Translations under genes and position numbers: made by a program
The notes under the pieces: generated by a model
What the model was told of the DNA's origin: nothing
The model's database searches: none
What the model saw: the letters and a program-made list of their open reading frames with translations, nothing else
From: Perkinsus olseni
Lineage: Eukaryota
Reading direction: 5' to 3'
Assembly (NCBI GenBank): GCA_013115125.1
Contig: JABANN010000194.1
Location: 1 to 54,716, forward strand
Length of the DNA stretch: 54,716 bases
In this document: positions 44,655 to 54,716 of the stretch, piece by piece
Position numbering within the stretch: position 1 is the stretch's first letter
Layout: each line of letters starts with the position of its first letter

Positions 44655-45337
44655 ATGATAATAACATGTCTGGTATTTGTAACATACCTGACCTCGTCTA
44701 CGGAGGTCGTGAGAGGGTCGGACGGCCTTCCCTCTAGAAGCGCTCAAGGCACCTCGTCCTCCCGGCTAAGGCACAGCGAAACCGCTAAGGTACCACCGTC
44801 CTGCTATTGGGGACCTGACACAGCTAGCATTCAGGCTAGCAATGGGGGGAGGGACAGCGACCACCCGTCCCCCGAGCTGGAGTCGTTGCTCGAGGAGGTC
44901 TCGAAGTTTAAGAAATGGATGGATGATGAGGGAGGCTCTCTCCAGAGAGGTGCACAGCAGCCGGGACATGCCGTGGCTCCTCTTCGCACTGCCATGAGGC
45001 GATGGTATGCGTTCTTCTGTGTAGAGGGAAAGCTGCCATTGGGGATACACCTCCTGCCGCTGATCGACCTTGACGACCTCGAACGGATGGGGGATTTGCC
45101 GTCCCTACCGGAAAGCTTCGAGATGGCACAAGCTAGAGTAGTAGCAGGCTATTGGACGATTCTAGGACGACCTTTCTCCTTTTCCAGGCCGTTCCGGAGG
45201 CTGCTTCGCCAGCTGCACCATCGTCCTTTCTGGACTCGGGCCGTGGAGGGAACGGCAACTTCTGGGAGACCGTCAATTTACCGCAAGACCTTGTGGCTGA
45301 GGTGATGAAGCGGATGAATAAGCATCGCAGACAGTAG
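44655..45337 (+). CDS. Hypothetical secreted protein; probably spliced
   Basis: Signal-peptide-like MIITCLVFVTYLTSSTEVVRG. An acceptor (ttttccag) near 45187 leads to a final exon ending KHRRQ-stop. Confidence 0.45.
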
Positions 45338-45639
45338 TATCGGGGGGATTGGGAGGGGGCTTTTGGTGACATACTGTATGCTTTTCTCAGCCGTAGTGTC
45401 CCTCGCCCGGAACATGGCCGAACTTGGCTACTGAACCGGCTAGCGACCTTAGCTGCCGCATTGGATGCCGAAAAGGCTTATCATCGTGGGGTTCAAAGTG
45501 AGATACACTCTTCCGTGCGTGGTGAACACCGCGAACATCAGGCGTGGGAGATTCTGCTCGGAGGGGTGCGTCCGGACCACCACCCGACGCTTTCCATGAC
45601 ACGCTCGTCATAACTCGGCAAGAGGCTGTGTGGCGAGAG

Positions 45640-48600
45640 TAGGCGCTGACGGATGATCGGTATTACGCAACTGAAGTATTATTTCCCCTCAGCTTCATGG
45701 GACCTTGCTCGGCCTTCGTACCGTTTGCCAAGGCGCTTCTAGTGGGTGACCTAGGCATTGACGAGTGTTGGCGGAGGTGTACACAGCAGTACTTCTTCTG
45801 CACACAGGTGAGGAGTGGGAGGAGTGGTATTGTGAAGGGAAGCCCCTCGGTCAGACACACTATGCTGCAGCCAGCCAGACCTGCTACTTCGGGCATGGCC
45901 TCAGCATGCTGCTGCAAGATGACAGCTCTTCTAGTAGCGGGGGCTCGGATAGGACTCGCTTGATAGAAGGTAGTAGTGGGGATGAGTCAGTGCATTAGGG
46001 AGAGGCTTGTCCGGTGGCAGGGTCGCTGGACACATGCCGGTCTCTGACGGAGTTGGGCTTCCGAGAGCTCAAGACTAGCAGACTCCATAGCGGATTCTCG
46101 GGGGCTCTCGAGGATGACGTGCCCAATCTGTAGTAGAGGAGGTTATGGGGCATCGGATGGTGCGGATGCGTTGGTTGGGATGGTCAGATCGCCATTCACT
46201 GTGGTGCCGGGCAGTGAGCGGTACCTACTGGTGCAGCCTAGTATAGAGATAGTAGACAGAGAGGAGGCTGATGACTCGGCTGGAGGCAGGGGTAGGACGT
46301 AGTGCTTGGTGGAAGTGCTGATTATGGACTGTGGGTTAGTGCGGATGGAGAGAGCGGAGACCTTCTTGCAGTGCCAGTCTAATTGCCTGATATTTGACTG
46401 GTGTGCAGCAGCGGTGTGGATAGATCGGGGACCTCAGGGGTGCGTGCAGGAAGAGGGTGTTGATGTGCTTCTTGGCATAGTTCCTGTGGCCTCTCAGAAG
46501 CATCTGCGCTAAGGGGAGTATGCTGCTACCTCTCCATGAGGGCAGCCCTTCGAAGAGGTGCCCAGTGGACAGTAGATGCATGGAGGTGTGCGGAGGACAG
46601 GATTGTGTAGCTGGAGGGTTGCCCTGTTCTTCTACGCTCTCTGCTGGTACGTCATTACTGCTGTTATCAGGTGCCGTCCACTCGTAACCCTGCGGGCGTA
46701 TCAACACTATCATGGAGCTATCCAGGGGAGCCATTCGACTTCGTGGTGTCGATTGACACTAAGAGTCCCAGAGAGGTACTGCCAGTGGCTGTACGTCCTT
46801 TGTGATAATGTGTTTCTTACACTGTTCAGATGGGCTTTGGGTGCGCTGACTCGGACTGTGTCGACGGTATTCGGAGGTGTCATGCAGCTTGCCATCAAGC
46901 TGCCTGTCACAGTGGCTGGGCTGAGGTATGCCGTTCGTCCCGCGGGGAAGGATAGAGACGGTCCCCTACTCAGATAGTAGCCGATAAAGCGGAGGTCAGA
47001 TGCTTCCTGTCGTCCAGCTTCCCTATTGTTGCTGGGTCTCCTGAGGCTGGCTCGGAGAATAGAGGTATGTAGGTGATGCGGTTTTTTCGGTCATGGAGAT
47101 TCTTTGTGATCTCGGATGATAAGGATGCTCTCGCTAACAGTCATTACACCTGTAGGCGCGGCCTCGCCGCCCACGATGTGCCCGAAGACGGCCCGAGCAT
47201 GCCTCATGTTCTCATCGGACCACATGATGCTGCCGAGGCCGATGCAGGCCGCACAGGTGAGGGTAGGCGATGCTGACGGACGTGCATTTAGTGCCTGGCA
47301 GGTATGGTTGGAGCAATCTACTGGAGATGGCCCTCGAGGGCGGCGTGTACCACTGCGTCCCTCGGCTATGGGTAGTGACATCGAAGGTGAGCATCGGAAG
47401 CCATCGGGCCGGGCCGGCACATGGTTGTTGTTGTTGATGCCAGTCCTGTCGGGATGGGGCCGGTGTTCACCCTTCCATGTCGGCCTGTCTGCTAGTCCGG
47501 ACAGCAGCTTTGTGGCGAGGGATAGGTGGGAATGCTGGCGACTGTGTCGCCAGATGAACGGCGAGTGCACACAAGTAGGGGTCAACTTAGCAGCTCCGTG
47601 GTGCATTGGGATGATTCTCGAGTCCCAGGTGGAGTACCAAAACAGTACGGGTGTATGCGTGCTTGGCAACGGCGTGGCATCCAGGGTGCAGCGCTCTAGG
47701 AATGGGTTGAGATCGAAGGCACCTGTGTAAGGCAACGACTTCCGATACCCCTTGGTCATCCACATCTGATCAGATTCTGTCATTCAATCCGCAATGGCCC
47801 CTCGGCTACCCATGGCCTGCCGGGTATGATGATCGTTGACAGGATTACTGGTGCTGAGTCCGCTCAGCATTGGTTCCTGGGATACCAGAGTAGGTTATTA
47901 TGGGACGGGGAATAGGGACTGGTTAATCATGTGGATGAGCTCCTAGAAGGTCGATACTTTTTTTGTGGCTTCGGCAGCATGTGGTGGCGAAAAAATTGCG
48001 GCAGAGAATTACTCGCTGCAGGGATCGAACCTGGGTCGTTCGCAAGAGAGCCCAGCAAAGCTCCAAAGCTTAGTGGTGTTTGTGCGATCATTTCAGGCAC
48101 CACCTTGGTAGAGACGTTGGAGGAATGTCAGACTCTATGCGAGAAGGCCACGGAAGAGGCAACCAATGCTGAGTGCAGGTGATACCCTGGGATGGGCGAG
48201 CCGACAGGAGATGCTCGCTTATCTGGGACCTTCATAGATACGGCGGCTTCGAGTCGTGTCGGGCAGTGAGGGCAGCGTGTAGGGGTGATGCAGCAGCCGA
48301 CGGGAAGTTAGAGGAATGCAAGATGTGCAAGAATGACAAGGGCGGGATTTGCCGGTAATCTTTACTGCCCAGTGAGGGCTCTATGGACACTGCTGTAGGA
48401 TTGGATCCGAGAGCAAGCCTGGAGGGTCGGGAACGAGCAGTAGATGCCTCAGTGGTGCCTGCAAGTGGTTCGAGATGGGGGCTGTAGGATTCAGAGTGAA
48501 GGCGGCATCTGGTAGTACAAGGGTTGGAGGGTAGCAAGTTCCACACGCTTTTCGCAGTGACTAGCAAGTACGTCGATCACCTTCCTATCAATAGCGGTGG

Positions 48601-50640
48601 CCTGATATGTCCCCAGGGAGGTGTCATCGACCGGGATGTACTCGGGAGGTAGGGCTGGTTGCGTGTGGGTGAGGGAGTGGTACTACTCTTGGACAGGTGC
48701 TATCATAATGTGGAGAGCATGTGGCACTGCCATGCTTTGTGCGAGGCCCAGACTGGGGAGTGTATGGGCGGGTAGGCTGCTGGCTCGGTGCCAACTCTGC
48801 GAAGGTTGGTTCTCTATTGTAGGCTTTATGTTGATGATGGCGTAGGGGATGTGGGGAAGATGTGCTACTTGGCTGCTTATCTGCGGTATCACGCGAGTGA
48901 CTATGAGGATGTGCGGGCCCAACAGCTGTGTGGCAGTAGTAACTGTGCTGCCTTCATGAGGGATGGTATAGGGAAGGTAGTAGTGGGGGAGGAGGGTCGG
49001 CAATCGGTGTAGATCTCTGCACGCACGCGCACTGAGCACTGAATGGGCTTAAAGGGCGTTGTGAACTGCGCTGCATTTCTCAGTTGCCCACGTTAAGAGC
49101 CACTGGGAGCCTTGCAGCTGCCCAGGCCGTGGAGGCATATCCGCAGGGAGCGGTAGGGCAGGGTGTCCATAGTGTATGCTGTCCATGGTTCTGGGGGTAG
49201 GTTAATATGACGGGCATCTGTAATGAGTTCAACGAGCTTGACAACACTATGATGGAGGGCTCCCCGGCGGACTTCGCCTACAACCCAGAGTACGCCTGCA
49301 GCATGAGGTAATGGTCGATTTTATTGGAAGTACTGGAGGAGGTCTTGGGTGGTCAGGTGCTTGACGATGCTACAGTGCATGTCCTTCAAGGTCGAGGGGT
49401 ATCCTGAGGATGTGTGTGATCTTCATAGTCATCGCCCTAACGTCTCTGCAGGCTGCGAGACTATAACGTGTCGATTCAGCAGCACTATACCGAGCAAGGT
49501 AACATAGCACTACTCCTCCACAGCCAACATCTGGCCTCCTCGTCAGGCGACTAAGGTGGAGATTCGACCAGGGGAGTACGCGAAGAACGCTATATGCGTC
49601 TCGAAGGGAGTAGCCGCAGCCACGGCACTATCGACGGACTCGGGTGTTCATGATGGTTTGCCGGGATTCTACAGCGTGAACGCCATGGCACGCAAGTGGG
49701 GGATAGTTACCAGGGCAGCGGCCATGGGAAAGAGCGACTCGTGCAGGTTCCGATGGGCGGATGTTATGAATAAGAAGCGTCTTATTTTGACTCCTCACTT
49801 GGAAGGATGCCAGTCCGTATGCCGAGGAAAGAAGCAATGCAAGACTGGCACATGGCAGGTGCGGGAACGCTCACGCCCTTCGTAGAGGGCTGCCACCGCC
49901 TGTTGCTGTTGGCTCAGTCATGTGGATCTCTCAAGGACGTCTGCGTCGGACAGGAAGTTAAAAATCTGGAGATGAACAGAACCTGCGAGTAAGATGCAGA
50001 GTAATGGCAAGTGCTTGCAAGCGCCGCCTTAGGGCCTGTACTGGTATAGTGGTAAGCGAGGATAGGGCACCAGAGGACTACCCTACCAACATGGGGGTAT
50101 GCAAGCTATGTAGGGACTCTGTCTTCGTGTAAGAAGGCATGCTGCTCGTCCCTTCAGCTTCGGCGGTGTCCCATGCCATGTTCAACTGCGGTGCTACTTC
50201 CAAGGGAGGGGCCCTGGCTGGATGTTTCTCCTTCGAGAAGGGCCGTAACAACTTTGTTGTGATGAGCAGCTACGCTTCGCCTTTTATCGAAGAAGGTTGG
50301 ATGAACCCGCCACCAGCAACAGGCGCCATGGCCTGCCTTTAGATGCATCCTCTCGAGTCAATACTAGCCTTGTAGTCTTCGAAGGGGAGAAGGGGGCGTA
50401 TGGCAAAGTACTGGACCTCGACACATGCCAATACTTTTGTGAGAAGGACCCTCTCTGCACGTAAGGACATCGTGCATGCTGACTCGAGCAGCAGCCGAGG
50501 GACAGGTATGGCCACTTCGGCCCTCGGGGTATCGGCTTCGGCGATTGTTACCTCACACACAGTACTGCAGTGGACAGGATCGACGCATCAACGATCGAGA
50601 GCCGGCCTATCTTGCAACCTAGAGGATGGGACGTGAAGTA
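45640..50640 (+). CDS. Large Cys-rich multi-exon protein, possibly extracellular with PAN/apple-like modules; boundaries uncertain
   Basis: Recurring motifs in exon-like segments: IDECWRRC, RRCHAAC, LEECQTLC, WHCHALC, LEGCQSVC..C, separated by short GT-AG introns. Confidence 0.4.
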
Positions 50641-51067
50641 GGTGTATGGTCTATCGTAGTTCGGCCTCGACTATGGGCTGTCCTCCCTAGGCGCTGCGAT
50701 GGGGTCTGCGTTGTGTTCAAGAAGGCAATACCGCAGGATGAGGTGAGGGTGTGGTAAGCTCACTACCGGGCGTACGGGGTTGTTGGTGTAGGGTCGAGCC
50801 GTCACTGACATGATAGACGAGATAATAGACAGCGAGGAGCAGGAGGTGCAGCCTGACATTGGCAGACTGAGGGAAGAGGATAAGGACCAGGAGGAAGAGG
50901 AGGAGGAATGATAGTCGCGATGTGGCACGAATGTGCCCACGGCATGCTGCTCCATGGCAGTCCTTGTAGAGGTGGATGGTGAGCTCGAATGGCGAGTTGA
51001 GTTCTGCTGGGGATGGACCACACTGATCTGAGGTGGATCTGATTTTTTTACCAAAACACCCAAAGCA

Positions 51068-54000
51068 ATGCTGACAACTTTTAGCAACCGCACCGGCCAT
51101 GAAGGGCAGCCGTCCTTGTCGTCCACTTCGTCTTCGTCATCGTCCTCGGAATGTTTCCAACTCTACACTGCTCAGCCCGGTCCCTCTTATGAGGACGCCG
51201 GCTTAGCGTTCAAGAGGCCTCGCTTAGGGAGCGAGCAGACTACCTCTGCCTCCAGTCCAGGGGGGCCTCAAGAACCCAGCAATGACGCTTTACAGCTCCT
51301 TACCACAGCGTACAGTGTACAGGGCCCGGCTAAGGCCATGGAGAGCTCGAGATCGACAAAGAAGCCCCTCTCGGCATGGTAGGCATCTCTGCTCGCTGCA
51401 GGTGTATCTTACTGTTTCGTCCTGCTGTGAGTTTGGATACGGCAAGATACGCTAGGATATCTTGAGTCAAGATACCCTTCGAGATTCTTCACACACAGCG
51501 AAGAATTCGTGCCTTGATCTTGGTGCTAGGTACCTTCAATGCATTGAGGAGGATATTATTGCGGTGAAGAGACTGGTGGAGCGTCGTCGTCTACCTCTGA
51601 GGGGATTAGCTGTGGTCCAGCAATGCAACGATCAAACATCCGACATTACAACAACAGGTGACATAACCAATAAGAGCTACTGGTGCATGGGGCTTCTGCA
51701 ACGCCTTCCACCAGTGGCCCGTGGAGAAGTATGCTCCCCTGTTGAGCGTCCTGTACCTCAGTTGACTGCTCTGAAGCGCCATCTTCCTCGGCCTCCTCAA
51801 CTCTACCACTTGTTAGTGCTGACTGTAATATCCAAGGTTCATCCATGCCCTTCATACTGCCCTTAGATACTGATATAACCTCGACACCGATAGATGCGCT
51901 ACAGCTTCTCAATCAAACTGGGGTACTGCCGCGAGTCACTTCATCGTCAAGATGTTCGTTCCTCTCAGTATGGCGGCGGCTTGCTCGGCAACCCGTACCT
52001 CCCTAGGCCCTCACAGCAGCCTCCTAGGGCTTGTAAGCACGGACGCTGGAGCTGTAGGTTGCCTTGCCCGGCTCTGTCCTCTTCTCGACTCTCGTCCCTT
52101 CAGCGGAGGAGCACTTGGTCTTCCTCGAGGGTCTCAGAGACCATGGTCGTGATTGGACTACTGTAGGCCCCATGGGGTGGGAGGAAGGTTGATTGTTGAA
52201 CGCAGATCACTAATTTGATACCGACTAGAACCAACAAACAAGTGAGGTCTCATGCGCAGAAGTACTTCCAGGATTTGGACCGCCGTTTACAGGATCATCA
52301 GGTCAGGCAGTGGTATACCGCCATACCGTAACTTTCGTTCTTCTTAGGGATCTGGTAGGGTGGTTCAACCGAGAGTGTCGAACTCCCAAGCACCAATGCG
52401 TCAACAAGAGAGTAGGTTGGCGGTGGGGGGATGGCGTCGTTGACTCTTAACTGTTAGCCGATGCTAGTGCAGAGAGCACAGCTCAAGCCAAAGAGCAGCT
52501 TGCGATGGAGGAGCTACTCCGCTCGCTCACTGCGGCCCAAGGAACTGGTCTCTCGAAGAGCACAACAGGTTGGGAGAATATCCAAGGCTGACTATGATGT
52601 AGTTTGAGTAGGGTCTTCGGAGAACTTGGATAGCAACTCGGGGTGGAATCCGCAGGCGAGGGAGGCAATGGCGGCCAGGCTTTCACAGAAAGCTGCTGTT
52701 GAAACTGTAGTATTAGAGTATACTACGACCTTCCTTTGCTACGCTCTTTACACGTATCTCAGGTTCCCGCTAGGGCCGGGGACTCACTGAAGGCTATAAT
52801 GGGGCCCGCATCGGGCATGGAGTCCACAGCGGTAATGTCAAGGGGAGTGGTCCAGGCGGTAAAGTGTATGTATCATTTGTCAGCAGATGTGCTCTAGTAA
52901 TTTGGAGCTGGCAGCATTGGCCGCAGTGGCCGCCAACCTTACATCGAAACAAGGCGCTCAGGATGTAGATGCCCGTGTTGCTGCTGTAAGGGTTGCTAGT
53001 ATGTCCGCTCCAACTACACCATATATGCCTTCCAGGCACCGTTCGCTCAAGGCCTTGATCTCTCCGCTATTGCTGCTGCGGCCAGCGCGATGTAGTAGAG
53101 GGTACTCCATCTCTTAGTTTCCGTATGATCATGTCTGTCTAGCTTTGTCGCTGTACCTCTCTTCTCTTGAACCACGTGTCGTCGAAATTCCCACTTCGCT
53201 TTTTCGAGAACCCCCAGATAGAGGCGGTGCTACTGTGATTCGTAGCTGGAGGTGGAAGCGCTCTAGCGAGCTGCCGCGCATTTCCGAGATGCCGTCCCCT
53301 CGATCAGTTCGTGTGCCCCCGCTACGCCTCCTCCGGCAACGGCGGCATCGACCCCCAGCCCTTCCAGTGGCCAGCGATCGCCACCGACTGGTTTGCAGGC
53401 AGCACGCAGTATCGGGCTGCTGACAGGAGGGGATGTTCTCGCTATGGACAGCCACCTCACTTTTGTTGGTACTATTATCATCAGCAGCTGCTGCTTATCC
53501 CACATAGGAGAGCGGTCATCAGCGTATAACTTCAGATAATATGAGGAGTATACTCCACTACTTCTTGAGTGCACTACCGCCAGTAAGTTGCCACTTCTGC
53601 CACTGTTAGTTGCATCGCCGTCCACAGGCGAGTGCAGCGTACGAGGAGGTCTCGGCTTGTCTGAAGGATGTGGAAGCTCATCTACATGAGTGTCGAGCGT
53701 GAGCCAACGATAAGATGCTCGTCGTCTTTGCTACCATGTCGTTCAGATGGGCCCCCATCATGACTGGGAAGCTTCATGTGACGGGGCAGCAGTTATACGA
53801 GAGAACCTCGATGCTATTCGACAAGTACATGAATAGCAATAACAGCTCCCTTAAGGGGACAAGCCCCATCAATAACGTATTATTCTTCACGTGACCATCT
53901 CATATCAGTATCCGCTCCTCAGGCTCAGAGCGTCCCCGGCCAGCCTTGCCATGCATCTGAGCAATTTTCTGCTATAACCGGAGACGCTCGCTGCCCCATC

Positions 54001-54100
54001 TCGACAGGCGTTGCTGGTGAGTACTCTGCCGACCTTCACCCTATTTATCGTCTTGTGTGTTTGCTCCCCAGCTTGGCAACAACAGCAGCAGACCGCCACC
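51068..54100 (+). CDS. SHAQKYF-class Myb transcription factor (domain ~52037-52275 over three exons); gene ends uncertain
   Basis: Spliced reading HGRWSSEEHLVFLEGLRDHGRDWTT-ITNLIPTRTNKQVRSHAQKYF. Confidence 0.8.
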
Positions 54101-54606
54101 GTGGTGCCTCTCGTATCATCGGAGTCCCCCGATTCTAGATTTTAGCCATTTGGTGTCTCCGATATCGGACTGTTGCAAACGCTACTATTCCCAGCGTTAG
54201 CTTGTTACATAGAAAAATCATACAGTGCATTTCTCACCCAGTAGCAATGTAGTACCACTTTTTCACCGCTACTTGTACTACTATTGCTGCTTGCTACAAT
54301 GGTGATGCTCTACTGCTCTAGTAGTTGTAGGGCCACCGTTGGAGTTTAGTTGACTTCAACTACTGCCCCTAGTTGTATTTACCTTTTTGGTCCGTAGATT
54401 GAGCGAGAGTTGTCACCATAATTATTATAATATTCAACTTAGCTGCCATGATGGCGGGGGTAGTGGTCGTTGATAGAAGTGAGATTGTTGTTGTTTAATT
54501 TTGTTACATATTTCCACTGAGACTATTTAGTTTGTAGCTCTTCTTTTTTTGAGAAAGTAGGATATCGTGAGCAGCAGCTTCTGACTCTCCCCGTGTCCTT
54601 AGTATT

Positions 54607-54646
54607 CTACTACTACTACTTGTACTAATATCACTACTACTACTAG

Positions 54647-54716
<70 letters not shown>
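54607..54716. repeat. (CTA)n microsatellite running to the window end
   Basis: Read directly from the sequence. Interrupted at its start and pure from ~54648. Confidence 0.97.

Noticed and set aside
54607-54716. Terminal repeat considered as a telomere
   Set aside because: A trinucleotide (CTA)n with no G-rich telomeric unit. Short CTA/TAG runs occur elsewhere in the window, so it is probably a microsatellite at a contig break.

Overview
Eukaryotic, gene-dense protist DNA with many short (~45-60 nt) spliceosomal introns and very short intergenic gaps. Gene content and style suggest an alveolate, most likely Perkinsus (inference, not a database result). Exon boundaries were read by eye and are approximate unless stated. 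Genes in order: a 2101-aa intronless fusion oxidoreductase (3 Osm1/Frd1-type FAD fumarate-reductase domains, 3 cytochrome b5 domains and a diheme SdhC/b558-type membrane anchor), ESF2, a bacterial-type glucokinase, mitochondrial EF-G1, two hypothetical genes, mitochondrial uL4, a CHERP-like CID protein, a TraB-domain protein, histone H3, a winged-helix histone H1, a kinesin-12-like motor, another hypothetical gene, a RING/TRAF-like zinc-finger protein, a truncated non-LTR retrotransposon with a 17-bp target-site duplication, a signal-peptide-bearing Trl1-like kinase+2H phosphodiesterase lacking the ligase domain, a secreted hypothetical protein, a large Cys-rich protein and a SHAQKYF Myb factor. 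The window ends in a (CTA)n microsatellite. The strongest candidate for a new system is the fusion protein, which looks like a single-chain quinol:fumarate oxidoreductase using b5 hemes instead of an Fe-S subunit. Several oversized, base-paired introns may host ncRNAs, including a convincing single-hairpin H/ACA RNA.
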